DNA of 64,000 nt from the NCBI RefSeq assembly GCF_001194135.2, contig NC_068986.1:8302719-8366718 (forward strand), given 5' to 3'. Position 1 is the first letter of the stretch; each line of letters opens with the position of its first letter. The DNA is from Octopus bimaculoides. Its lineage: Eukaryota. The notes under the pieces are model-generated. The model was not told the origin of the DNA. It made no database searches and worked only from the letters and a program-made list of their open reading frames with translations. A program made the translations under genes and the position numbers. This document shows, piece by piece, positions 39,229 through 52,456 of the stretch.

Positions 39229-40074
39229 NNNNNNNNNNNNNNNNNNNNNNNNNNNNNNNNNNNNNNNNNNNNNNNNNNNNNNNNNNNNNNNNNNNNNNNN
39301 NNNNNNNNNNNNNNNNNNNNNNNNNNNNNNNNNNNNNNNNNNNNNNNNNNNNNNNNNNNNNNNNNNNNNNNNNNNNNNNNNNNNNNNNNNNNNNNNNNNN
39401 NNNNNNNNNNNNNNNNNNNNNNNNNNNNNNNNNNNNNNNNNNNNNNNNNNNNNNNNNNNNNNNNNNNNNNNNNNNNNNNNNNNNNNNNNNNNNNNNNNNN
39501 NNNNNNNNNNNNNNNNNNNNNNNNNNNNNNNNNNNNNNNNNNNNNNNNNNNNNNNNNNNNNNNNNNNNNNNNNNNNNNNNNNNNNNNNNNNNNNNNNNNN
39601 NNNNNNNNNNNNNNNNNNNNNNNNNNNNNNNNNNNNNNNNNNNNNNNNNNNNNNNNNNNNNNNNNNNNNNNNNNNNNNNNNNNNNNNNNNNNNNNNNNNN
39701 NNNNNNNNNNNNNNNNNNNNNNNNNNNNNNNNNNNNNNNNNNNNNNNNNNNNNNNNNNNNNNNNNNNNNNNNNNNNNNNNNNNNNNNNNNNNNNNNNNNN
39801 NNNNNNNNNNNNNNNNNNNNNNNNNNNNNNNNNNNNNNNATATACACACATACATGAAAAGTGTGTGTGTGCGCGCCTCTGTGTGTGTGTGTATGTGCGT
39901 GCGACTGAGCGAGTGAGTGAATGTGTGTGCGTGTGTGCGTATGTGTGTGCGTATGTGTGTGCGTGTAGGTGTAGGTGTCCCCTAAAATATATACACACTT
40001 TAACAGCTGATAACACAATTTTCATTTGCTTTTAGACTGATTCGAAAGTAAATAATAAAGAGTCAGACGAAGAT

Positions 40075-40390
40075 TTGAGCAACAGAGGAAATTCATCGTA
40101 ATTTGCTGATGGAAATTCGAAAACGTATTCCAAGTGCAAAGCGTTTCTAGCGAGGAGTCCCAAACAGATCTACCAATGGAGCTTACCAACCATCAAGTCA
40201 GAAACAATTTGGTGGAGCTGTCCAAAATGTCCACAAGAAATGTTCAAGAAGACCACAGTCATCGACGAGCACCACAAACAAGAGTAGGTACGAGAGGCAT
40301 ATTACTGTAGCGAGTCGTTTCTGAAATAGAAATTTCAACATCAAGCGCCCATCAAATTTTCAGCACCGTCATTGGAAAAGTTGCATTCTA
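40075..40390 (+). mobile_element. Mariner transposase N-terminal (HTH) remnant
   Basis: ATEEIHRNL...SRRPQSSTSTT...RHITVA...EIEISTSSAHQIF resembles mariner DD.RSGRP.TS...R.ITV.E.A...IS..S.H.I. Confidence 0.4.
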
Positions 40391-40539
40391 AGAATATTCC
40401 ATGCTCTGTCTGTAGATTCTATTAAAGTTTGAATATCAAATATATTTTAATAAAATATTGTCTTTATTATCATTCAATGTGTGTACATAATTTTGAGAAA
40501 CACTGTGTGTGTGTGTGTGTGTCTGAGTGTACGTGTGTA

Positions 40540-40574
<35 letters not shown>

Positions 40575-43500
40575 ATGTGTGTGTGCATGCGTGTGTATGT
40601 ATGTGTGTTTATACAAATTGTTTTTCTTGTCGCCATAGTCTTACGCGTTTTGCAACTGTTCATTTGTATGTTGTTGCCTCATCATTTCATTACGGTGATA
40701 CAAGACAGATATAAATTCCATGCATCATGCCATCCTACCAATTTTTGCATTGAATTCCTCTTATTTTATCCAAGATAATCTGGCGACGAATTCTACAGTG
40801 GAGTTGAAGAACAGAAAATTAATTTTTCTCCTGTCACATTAAGTTTAGTTGTAAAGAAGCAACACTTACCAATGGCTGTTCCTCTCACAATCTACGCCAT
40901 CCATTCCTTTTATAGTTTAAATGAAGACTAAATCTCTATAGAAATCTGTCTCTGAATGAGAAAGTATCAATAAAATAATTTCCAAACCTGATACTGGAAG
41001 CAGAAAAAGCGTCTCACTAAGAACAAAACTATTTGTGCCACATAGGATTTCACATTTCCAATAATATTCATGAAATAATTTTATAACCTTTTATGCCTAA
41101 AAATAATTCTCTTAAACGGCGAAGTCGCTATCGATTGATGTTATTTGATAATTGGTTGACTTGAATTCTTTAGAGATATCACTTTTATCGCCTAACTCGA
41201 CCAGTATCATCTTTATTTAATAAAACTGCAAATAAGCTTCAAGTACTTTATAAGTCCCTTTGATCTCAACTTGAAAACGAAAAAAAAATCAAAAGGTAGT
41301 AATTTGACTTTTCCTTTATAGTTTTTTTTCAGTATTTTTTTAACACGATTCGTTGCAAAACTTATTTGACACCTTGAAATATTGCCTCAGTTTATTGTAT
41401 ATTTGTAAATTCTATAGGATTGACACTCTCAAATATTTTTCCAGCTTAACCGAACAAGAATTAAACTAAGAGGAAGCAGAGAGAAACGAAATATATTGGA
41501 CTACAATATGTCTCTTAAGAAAAAACACAGAATCCTCTTGTTAATTTCTTTTTCCTTTGAAGTGTTGTCATACATATTCATGTGAAATAAATTAAATCGT
41601 TGTACCTTTATTTTTAACAAGAGACATTAAATTAATATTTCCTTATCGGATTTCAAAGTCAGTGAGTGAATGATCGAAATTAAGCCCTAAAGATCAACAT
41701 TTTATTAATGTTCCTAAATGTAGCCATTATGTTAAAAAATCTTCATATTAACTCAAAGACATATTAGAATTGGGTTGTAGCTTTCCTTTGCCTTCTCCAG
41801 GTAATTACTATGTTCACCGAAATTAAAGAATAAATTTAACTGCTCATAAATTACAAATCAAAACTGAGTAGTAGAACCGTCTCCGTCCGGGTATATTGTG
41901 TTCGCTTGGTATGAGTGATTATAAAACGGATTGAATACACAAAAGCTATCAGACAAATCAAGATAGAGAGGAGAAAAGAGAAAGGTTCGGATTAATTTAA
42001 TTCCTAAAAGAATCGTTTTATTTGTGGCTTGGAGAGACGAGGAAGAGCATCACCGATGATCCATGCTCCAAGACGGGTGGGAGGAAGGGATTTATTCTTG
42101 GATCGAAAACAGGGTGTCTATTCTTGCGGCAGGGTAGGCGTTGTTAAAGGTACCAAAGGATCAACCTATGTGGTTAAGCTTATAATTTAAGAACAGGAGC
42201 ATCTCTGCCTCCAACGAGGTCTCATCAGGTTTTCTCTCTCCCTAATTTCACTGTAAAGACTTTGGATATGTCGAAGCTCTGTAAAAGTTGCATCTAACTC
42301 AAAATACAGGTAGTGGTATCGATCCTGATTCGACAGTTTCAGTGCTTCGCTACCACTCACCACTATTAATAGCCATTGCAATGTTCTTGTTGGAAATACC
42401 AATTAGATATTGTAAAATTGTAGGTTTCTTTTCAATTATTTCAGAATGATATTTGAACAACGATCGATCTTCAAGTAGTTATGAAGAACGCTATTTTAAT
42501 CACAATTTCTATATTTTAAGAGTTTGCTATATCCAGAACACAACTGGAGATGCGGCTTATTGTTTTTAAGTTGAGTTTGACAGGAATGTATTTTCTCTAG
42601 TGGAATAATATATCAACAATACAATTACCAAAGTTCCATTTTATCATGTCTTTTGAGTGTTTTACACTTATTTCCAAAGCTGTTATTTCTAAACATTATA
42701 TAATGTGAAGTTAGATTACATTCAGCTAAAAGCTAAAATTATTTCAGCGTGTATTTCATTTCAAGTGCGAAAAGTTCTTAATGGCTCTATAACTATTTCC
42801 TACTCTATTTTAAATGTGACACAGTTTAGTAACAATTCTTCTGGAAGAGTGCGGTTATAGTGTCGATAAATTCGAGGTGTGATTATTAAACTTAATTTTA
42901 TACAACAGTGTTTATATTCAACTGAAATTTAGAGCGAGATCCACACAGCTCGGCACTGGGCGGTTCTTCTATTAACTTTTATCGTAAATTCTTTGGAAAA
43001 TATTAATTGATTAGATTTACACTTTTTACCTATCAACTGATACAGTCATGACGTTTACAACTTACACATTTTCGTATTTTACTGGTATCAGATATTGTAA
43101 CGCTAATGCACTGTCTTCACGAATTTTAGCCCATCATATCAACCCCAGTATATCGTTCCTTAGTTTATCAAAAGTCGTTTATCAATTGACTAATACAACT
43201 AACCCATTCAGATTATTGCGTATTACGGACTACAGCTCGCTGTTTCAGTTATTTGGGAACGGCGAACCAGATCATATTTCCATAACTTGAAATATAGCAG
43301 ACACGAGAAGCTGTTGACTATCTTTAACTAAGAAGTTTCATATCCTGAAAGAGCCGTCGATACTGAAATTATCACTTTTGAAACTACAAAGTCTTTGTGC
43401 AGTTCTTTTGTGAACACATGGACTGTCATCCTCCAATAATCTGTGGAAAATTACTTGACGATGATAAGTATCCAATATAGCGACAAAATCCAGCAAGTGG

Positions 43501-44694
43501 CACTTCAGTGATGCCATCTTAAATATTGCACTCTCACATTTTCGTTGAGGGCAAGATTTCGGCAACGGGCGAAGATAAATTGCATAAATATGGTTCACAT
43601 CAGAGTAACAGGTCTCAAAAGAACAAATCATCAGCTGGGGTTGAATATGAGTCTTATTAAGAAAATAATTTTCCTGCTCAATTTGTAACTGAAAGTGGAC
43701 CTACACTACTTGAATATCAACAAGAACCCCCGATGCAATAGATAGTTATATTCGAAACAAAATAGATGATATATTCTGTATTGAGGATTGAGAAAAGTTA
43801 GGTAAATAAGTTTGGATTAAATAGCTTTTTTATACAGATCTGCATTTCAAAGAGACAATGCAATCGCTTACGTAACGATTACCACACAACATACAAGAAA
43901 TCCCAAATAGAACAGGTTAAAAACCTTACGTATTTCATGAAGTTAAATCTTCTTAAAAAATAGAACGACAAAGGCAGTATTAACACCCAAAGGTAAGATA
44001 TTCATCTCTTAAAAGCGGATGTTGCATAAGAGCACGCAAATACTGCAAGATTTACCAAAAGCTAAGAAACTTATATGGTTGCATGGTATATAACAGCGGT
44101 AGACAATAACTGCTACTTCCGTCACTCGGGCTACAAGATCACGTGATTTTACTCTGCTCTCGGCTCTGTGTGAGTGTGTGTGTGTGTGTGTATGTGTGTG
44201 TGCGCGCGCGCGAGTGTGTGTGTGTGTAGATATATAGAGTCAACCGATGAGGTCCAGAGATGCTCAGTATAGAAGGCAGTAGCACTCAAATGTTTTGGAG
44301 TTACACTCTGAAATCTTTACTGGGGACCAAGTCCGCGGGGAAAAGAGTGACTAGAATAGAAATCTAGAAGAGTAAATATGGAGATAATGATCCAAATAAA
44401 CAAATAAAGCAGTTTGGTTTGATATACAATATACAGGCAACGACTGAACATTTTCAGACGATGAATATACATCTATTAACAGAGCAAATATACAAAGAAT
44501 ACAAAGTCAGAGGAGACTCTGTGTAAGTTTGCTTTGTTAATACATAAATATCTACTAACAATTTCTACTCCATTATTCATCATCCGATAATTTCCACTCT
44601 TTGGTTTCTTTCTATTTACATGTATACATGTGTAAATATATTCTGTATATCAAACCCAAAGCAGTTTTATTTGTTTATTCGCATCATAATCTTT

Positions 44695-44698
<4 letters not shown>

Positions 44699-44788
<90 letters not shown>
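44699..44788. repeat. (TC)n microsatellite
   Basis: Seen directly. Confidence 0.95.
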
Positions 44789-44789
<1 letters not shown>

Positions 44790-45094
44790 GCTTCCTATAT
44801 ATATATAGATAAATATATATATTTGTTTTGCAATATGACCATCCCCAAGTACAACAACATATATATATATATATATACAAATTAAAAGGGTAAAGGGTTA
44901 TCAATTTATTAATTAATAAATCAATTAACAATTAATAATTTTTACCAAGCCCATCGGTATGAAAGCACCATTATTCGTGGAGAACTTATTTGAAAGCTCA
45001 TATATATTTATAAACATAATTAAGGGATCAGCAAATATTTGCTTCACCACATACCGAAGTTCAGAAATAGCAGCTGTGATGCTATCTATGGGAT

Positions 45095-45345
45095 TCTCAG
45101 CTTTTTTGTGAATATATATGGAGTTGGGGTAAATGTTTTCAAGAAACGACTTGACCTCTCGCGATCCCAGATCCCAGATGAACCAATCTGAGGGTGGGAA
45201 ACACAAAAGAGGGCAGCAGTGCCGAATCCCGCCGTCACCGAAACCCAATCACAAAGGATTGAAGGATTGGCCAATTAAAAGTTGATTACAGTGGCGGTGC
45301 CCCAGCATGCCCACAGCCTTACTGCTGAAACATGGCAAAATGAAG
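45095..45345 (+). mobile_element. CR1/L2-like LINE 3' end with conserved tail
   Basis: GVGVNVFKKRLDLSRSQIPDEP...KRAA; tail GGCGGTGCCCCAGCATGCCCACAGC-CTTACT-GCTGAAAC (45293-45331), then (TA)n. Confidence 0.6.
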
Positions 45346-46322
45346 AATATATATATATATATATATATATANNNNNNNNNNNNNNNNNNNNNNNNNNNNN
45401 NNNNNNNNNNNNNNNNNNNNNNNNNNNNNNNNNNNNNNNNNNNNNNNNNNNNNNNNNNNNNNNNNNNNNNNNNNNNNNNNNNNNNNNNNNNNNNNNNNNN
45501 NNNNNNNNNNNNNNNNNNNNNNNNNNNNNNNNNNNNNNNNNNNNNNNNNNNNNNNNNNNNNNNNNNNNNNNNNNNNNNNNNNNNNNNNNNNNNNNNNNNN
45601 NNNNNNNNNNNNNNNNNNNNNNNNNNNNNNNNNNNNNNNNNNNNNNNNNNNNNNNNNNNNNNNNNNNNNNNNNNNNNNNNNNNNNNNNNNNNNNNNNNNN
45701 NNNNNNNNNNNNNNNNNNNNNNNNNNNNNNNNNNNNNNNNNNNNNNNNNNNNNNNNNNNNNNNNNNNNNNNNNNNNNNNNNNNNNNNNNNNNNNNNNNNN
45801 NNNNNNNNNNNNNNNNNNNNNNNNNNNNNNNNNNNNNNNNNNNNNNNNNNNNNNNNNNNNNNNNNNNNNNNNNNNNNNNNNNNNNNNNNNNNNNNNNNNN
45901 NNNNNNNNNNNNNNNNNNNNNNNNNNNNNNNNNNNNNNNNNNNNNNNNNNNNNNNNNNNNNNNNNNNNNNNNNNNNNNNNNNNNNNNNNNNNNNNNNNNN
46001 NNNNNNNNNNNNNNNNNNNNNNNNNNNNNNNNNNNNNNNNNNNNNNNNNNNNNNNNNNNNNNNNNNNNNNNNNNNNNNNNNNNNNNNNNNNNNNNNNNNN
46101 NNNNNNNNNNNNNNNNNNNNNNNNNNNNNNNNNNNNNNNNNNNNNNNNNNNNNNNNNNNNNNNNNNNNNNNNNNNNNNNNNNNNNNNNNNNNNNNNNNNN
46201 NNNNNNNNNNNNNNNNNNNNNNNNNNNNNNNNNNNNNNNNNNNNNNNNNNNNNNNNNNNNNNNNNNNNNNNNNNNNNNNNNNNNNNNNNNNNNNNNNNNN
46301 NNNNNNNNNNNNNNNNNNNNNN

Positions 46323-46387
<65 letters not shown>

Positions 46388-46409
46388 TTCTCTCTCGCTC
46401 CCTATATAT

Positions 46410-46948
46410 ATGAGGACGACGACGATAAATGTCCTGATGCAGTACCAGACAGTGGCTCTCATGGCTTCTCGTGTACATAGTTTTACCTTGGTTTAACAGA
46501 TGGGTGACAGTAAATATTCTGCTCAATACCACACATTCGCTAGTCAGTTGTTTTACCTAAGCCAGGTGAGCATGTCTCTTAATGGCTAACGATATGTGCA
46601 TCTCTCACCACGAGCAGAATGGGGGGGGGGGCATCATAGCCATGTGTTGAGAGGAATTTTTTGGGGTTTGAATAATTTACCTCTGGACACATGGGTGTTT
46701 CGTTCAACATCCTTAAACAAACCTGATTGAGCGGGATGGGCTAATCAACCTGAAGAACATTCTAACTGAGCCCCACCCGCAAGGTCATGCACAGTTATCT
46801 TGATATAAGATCATCATGTCGCACACATACGGTTGTGATGCTTGTGCCTGGTGTACCCTTATCAGACGAGTAGTCATGAGGGGTATATTGGGCTTCGTAC
46901 AATTGTACCCCAGTGTCATGTGCTGCTCTCTCACTCAATAATAATAAT
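46410..46948 (+). mobile_element. Probable retroposon-derived dispersed repeat ending in (TAA)n
   Basis: GC-richer block ending CTCTCACTCAATAATAATAAT. Recalled as a common octopus repeat; only one copy here, so not confirmable in the window. Confidence 0.35.
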
Positions 46949-47185
46949 GGTTCAGATAAAAAGGGTACTTGAAAAAATATGCACCAGGTAGGGTTGGATA
47001 AACCTGAGGTCACCGCCTATGGTTTATAAATATCAAATAGGATATTCTTGTTGTGTACACAGAGAAACGAACCCTATGAGTATTTAGCACCTATGGGCTG
47101 ATCCAAAGCACATGTTACGTTGATTGTACGTTGTGGTATGATCCAGGGTGTCCGACGTGTCGTAAGTCCCTATTGTGTATTATAA

Positions 47186-47424
47186 TCAAATGATAAATAA
47201 CAGACGATGGACAATTGTCAGCTCATTACAGCTGTTTCTTGCGCATTTTTAAATAGAAGAATGAGGACAGTACGTCATTGCATTTTCTTGGTAAGCCTCG
47301 ACAGATTTCAGTCACGTCCCTGTTGATTTTTGCAATGACGTAATGTTCTCATTCATCTATTTAAGAAATACGTAAGAAACAGCTGTAATGAGCTGACAAT
47401 GATCGTCTGTTATTATTCATTTGA
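47186..47424. mobile_element. Fold-back element with ~95-bp inverted arms
   Basis: 47186-47282 is an imperfect reverse complement of 47331-47424 (e.g. ATTGTCAGCTCATTACAGCTGTTTCTT), with a 48-bp spacer. A (TA)n tract follows. Confidence 0.85.
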
Positions 47425-47474
<50 letters not shown>

Positions 47475-49004
47475 NNNNNNNNNNNNNNNNNNNNNTATAT
47501 ATATACAGAGAGAGAGAGATTCTTTTCCTCATATTTTATATATTCTTTTGTAAGACTAGGAATACTATCCACAGGCAAATACTGCAAGATATTTGAAAAA
47601 CTGACTGGTTAGATAAATGATTCATTTGTCATTACTGTGTAAATTATAACCGTATTTTAAAAATTTCAGTCGTGTTCACTTAGTTGTAGTTATTTATTTG
47701 TGCATTGCTACGAAGCTTCTCGATTGTTACAATTTCTAGTGAAACGACATTTTGAGAGAAACTGCAGTTTATACCCGTTTTTTTTTTTTTTCTTTTCAGG
47801 GAATATATAATTAATATATGGAAATCGCGTATGTATCGTTATATGTATCTATGTATGCACGTATGTATATTTGTATGTGTATGTGAGCATTTATGTATGT
47901 ATGCCTGTATGCAAATGCATGTGTATGTATGTATGTATGTGTGTATTATGTACTTATGTATTTTTGTTCTTTTTATTTGGGAGGGATTCCTTCTAGAACG
48001 TAGAAGCCAGTTTCTAAGAAAGGGACAAAACTCTATCATTGCGCTTTGGATAAGAACAACAACAGTTATTAGATATCGAATTTAAGGAGATGTATATATG
48101 TCTGCATACATGTATGCAAGCATGTATAAGTATATATTTATGCATGTATGTATACATGTATATATATGTTTATATAAAAGTATCTATGTATGTATGCATG
48201 TATGTATGTGTGTGTGTGCGTGTGCATGCGTTTGTGTGTGAGTATGCGAGAGAAAGAGAAAGAAGGAGAGTACTATGTAAGTATTTATTTTCCAACTTGT
48301 CTTCTATTACAGTAACGGAAATTTGCATAAGCACAGTACGACTTCCAGGGTAATAATTTAATAGACTAGTGCGGTAGTTTCTGACGCTTTGTAGAAATTA
48401 CAAGCCACAAAATACTTTATAGATATGGCAAAAATATCCTAACAACATCACGTGACTACGAACGGCTCATTCACATGAAAAGCTTTTACTGTTCTCAGAA
48501 AAAAAGTTGGAAGAATCAAACTTGTTGCATGATGCTTCAAGCTCAAGTCTACTGTCACTCGAAGAATGCCGAAAGAAGATATTATAAAAGCATTATGAGA
48601 AATGCAAAATTATAATTGGTCATGCGAGTGGCAGCTGTATCAGTGAAGCTTCTAACATTGTCAATGTAAGTGTATGCAGATTAATCTATTCAAGTGGATG
48701 AGCGCCATAGAAATTTCATTTGCTGCGTTCAATTACATTTGAAGATAATCAAAAGAGTTTATAATTTGTCCAGATGATTCTGAATAATTAAAACTTGTTT
48801 AATGAAATTTTTTGCTCAGATAAATCATACTAATTCATTAATTGCCATACTGGAATCATTTGGTGCATTAAATCTCAAGTGTTGCCGCTGCATTTTTCTA
48901 TGAAATAATTGAAATATTTCAAGTCTGTTGTCGAAAAATTACGAATTCATTTCTTTTCAAATAATGAAATACGTATCGTCACAATATCTTTTGTCGTTTG
49001 CCTT

Positions 49005-50188
49005 CTATTTGTTTCAGACATTACACCCGGCCATGCTGTAGCACCGCCTTGAAAAATATTTAGTCGAACAAATCGACCTCAGTCGTTTTTTAAACCTGGC
49101 ACTTATTCTATCGACCTCTTTTGCCAAACCTGCAAATCTCGAGGACGTAAGCACAAAAACACCGGTTATCAAGCATTGTGGGAGAACAGCCGCAGATAAA
49201 AAACACACACACGTATATATATATATACATATATANNNNNNNNNNNNNNNNNNNNNNNNNNNNNNNNNNNNNNNNNNNNNNNNNNNNNNNNNNNNNNNNN
49301 NNNNNNNNNNNNNNNNNNNNNNNNNNNNNNNNNNNNNNNNNNNNNNNNNNNNNNNNNNNNNNNNNNNNNNNNNNNNNNNNNNNNNNNNNNNNNNNNNNNN
49401 NNNNNNNNNNNNNNNNNNNNNNNNNNNNNNNNNNNNNNNNNNNNNNNNNNNNNNNNNNNNNNNNNNNNNNNNNNNNNNNNNNNNNNNNNNNNNNNNNNNN
49501 NNNNNNNNNNNNNNNNNNNNNNNNNNNNNNNNNNNNNNNNNNNNNNNNNNNNNNNNNNNNNNNNNNNNNNNNNNNNNNNNNNNNNNNNNNNNNNNNNNNN
49601 NNNNNNNNNNNNNNNNNNNNNNNNNNNNNNNNNNNNNNNNNNNNNNNNNNNNNNNNNNNNNNNNNNNNNNNNNNNNNNNNNNNNNNNNNNNNNNNNNNNN
49701 NNNNNNNNNNNNNNNNNNNNNNNNNNNNNNNNNNNNNNNNNNNNNNNNNNNNNNNNNNNNNNNNNNNNNNNNNNNNNNNNNNNNNNNNNNNNNNNNNNNN
49801 NNNNNNNNNNNNNNNNNNNNNNNNNNNNNNNNNNNNNNNNNNNNNNNNNNNNNNNNNNNNNNNNNNNNNNNNNNNNNNNNNNNNNNNNNNNNNNNNNNNN
49901 NNNNNNNNNNNNNNNNNNNNNNNNNNNNNNNNNNNNNNNNNNNNNNNNNNNNNNNNNNNNNNNNNNNNNNNNNNNNNNNGAGGTATGTGGATAGGCTTAG
50001 GGTGGGTTATTTGGGAGTGGGTGTAAAGGATGGGTGGGGTGGGAGGGGATGGATCCGTGTACCAAAACCAATCACAAGGCGTTGGTCGGCCCGAAGCTAT
50101 AGACGAAGACACTTGCCCAAAGTACCACGCAATGGGATTGAACCCGGGACCATGTGGCCGGGAAACAAGCCTTTAACTACACAGCCAC
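49005..50188 (-). mobile_element. SINE family B copy split by its internal microsatellite and a gap
   Basis: 49005-49200 matches 52064-52260 and 50058-50188 matches 52325-52450, in the correct order and orientation. Confidence 0.6.
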
Positions 50189-51200
50189 ACATAACATAAT
50201 GATACATTTCGCCATTTTGTTTTTCATTGCTTAAACATTGGCTTATAGAAAGCTGGATTTTATCAAACCCTGCACAAACACACACACACACACAAGAATA
50301 TGATTACGCGATTAGGCTTAGAAAATTTATATATATATATGTCTTACGGGCTTTCAAAATGCTTTTGTTCATGATATTCCAGATGCCCTGTCTCTGGTTA
50401 GACTGGGGTTACAGTGAGAGACAGTCTCGCAAGGGGTCCATGCAGTGAGATCAAACTTGAAACCAGATGTTTACCAAAGAAACGTCTTGTCCACGCAGCC
50501 ATGCCTGCTTCTATCATGTTTGTGTGATTGCGCTTTTCATGTTTGTCTTTTCAATAAAAATCAAACATTAACCACTCCAAACATTTCCTCTATAGATAAG
50601 ACCAGTAATCTTGAAACGTCTATGGAACTTTCTTTGTAGGTGCGCGCGTGTGAGATCGAACGTATGTATGTGTATGTATGTGTATGTATGTGTGTGTATG
50701 TGTGTGTATGTGCGTGTCTATGTATGGGATTATCCAATTAATGTTTGATAGCATTTTTGAAGGAGAAAAATTCCATTGACTACAGAAAAAAAAACCAGAA
50801 AGTCACCGACACCATTCTACCGTTTTGATGTATTATCTCTGTTTCAGTGAACTTCTATAACCTTTCTCTTCTTTTTACCTCTGGCTCTCTTCTGCTACGT
50901 ATCTTCCAACTCCCTCTCTTTCATCACCCACTCTTTGTTTTCCTTTCTCCCACCCCTCTCTCTAACTTACTCTTTATGTTTGACGTAGATAAAATAACTA
51001 GCCCGTGACCCACATGCCAAAAAAGTAAATATTTTATCACTTGCCAGCCATTGACCAATCATCAGCAAAAGTAAATTCGTAAAATGTCAAAAGACTCTAC
51101 TGCTGTTCGTTAGGTTTACCAAGTCTAACACGATTCTTTGCAAAACGTTCACGAGCAACATCCGCACGGTAAGACGAAAATAATACATTGAAAGTTTATA

Positions 51201-51247
<47 letters not shown>

Positions 51248-52063
51248 NNNNNNNNNNNNNNNNNNNNNNNNNNNNNNNNNNNNNNNNNNNNNNNNNNNNN
51301 NNNNNNNNNNNNNNNNNNNNNNNNNNNNNNNNNNNNNNNNNNNNNNNNNNNNNNNNNNNNNNNNNNNNNNNNNNNNNNNNNNNNNNNNNNNNNNNNNNNN
51401 NNNNNNNNNNNNNNNNNNNNNNNNNNNNNNNNNNNNNNNNNNNNNNNNNNNNNNNNNNNNNNNNNNNNNNNNNNNNNNNNNNNNNNNNNNNNNNNNNNNN
51501 NNNNNNNNNNNNNNNNNNNNNNNNNNNNNNNNNNNNNNNNNNNNNNNNNNNNNNNNNNNNNNNNNNNNNNNNNNNNNNNNNNNNNNNNNNNNNNNNNNNN
51601 NNNNNNNNNNNNNNNNNNNNNNNNNNNNNNNNNNNNNNNNNNNNNNNNNNNNNNNNNNNNNNNNNNNNNNNNNNNNNNNNNNNNNNNNNNNNNNNNNNNN
51701 NNNNNNNNNNNNNNNNNNNNNNNNNNNNNNNNNNNNNNNNNNNNNNNNNNNNNNNNNNNNNNNNNNNNNNNNNNNNNNNNNNNNNNNNNNNNNNNNNNNN
51801 NNNNNNNNNNNNNNNNNNNNNNNNNNNNNNNNNNNNNNNNNNNNNNNNNNNNNNNNNNNNNNNNNNNNNNNNNNNNNNNNNNNNNNNNNNNNNNNNNNNN
51901 NNNNNNNNNNNNNNNNNNNNNNNNNNNNNNNNNNNNNNNNNNNNNNNNNNNNNNNNNNNNNNNNNNNNNNNNNNNNNNNNNNNNNNNNNNNNNNNNNNNN
52001 NNNNNNNNNNNNNNNNNNNNNNNNNNNNNNNNNNNNNNNNNNNNNNNNNNNNNNNNNNNNNNN

Positions 52064-52456
52064 TTTTACTTGTTTCAGTCATTTGACTGCGGCTATGCTG
52101 GAGCACCGCCTTTATAGTCGAGCAAATCAACCCCAGAGCTTATTCTTTGTAAGCCTAGTATTTATTCTATCGCTCTCTTTTGCCGAACCGCTAAGTTACG
52201 GGGACGTAAACACACCAGCATCGGTTGTCAAGCGATGCTGGGGAGACAAACAGACACACAAACATATACACATACATACACACATATACATATATATATA
52301 CATATACGACGGGCTTCTCCCAGTTTTCGTCTACCAAACCCACTCACAAGGCTTTGGTCGGCCCGTGGCTACAGTGGAAGACACTTGCTCAAGGTGGGAC
52401 TGAACCCGGGACCATGTGTTTGGTAAGCAAGCTACTTACCACACAGCCACTCCTGC
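52064..52456 (-). mobile_element. tRNA-derived SINE family B, near full length
   Basis: On minus: GGAGTGGCTGTGTGGTAAG (A box)...GGTTCAGTCCC (B box), CCTTGAGCAAGTGTCTT, internal TA/TG tract, tail GGCGGTGCTCCAGCATAGCCGCAGTCAAATGACTGAAACAAGTAAAA. Confidence 0.85.

Noticed and set aside
42200-42228. Minus-strand CTGATGAG-ACCTC-gttg-GAGG hammerhead candidate
   Set aside because: The GAAA half is missing (reads CAGAGA) and there is no helix III; too decayed to call.
43640-44050. Possible Penelope RT remnant (KIDDIFCI)
   Set aside because: Single short motif; surrounding frames do not give other RT motifs.
48560-48680. Tc1-like HTH (EKCKIIIGHASGSCISEASNIVNVS) or a host exon after a strong acceptor at 48498
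   Set aside because: Short, ambiguous between the two readings, and no TIR or further domains.
25356-52456. tRNA genes
   Set aside because: A/B-box sequences are SINE heads followed by family-specific bodies; no complete cloverleaf was found.
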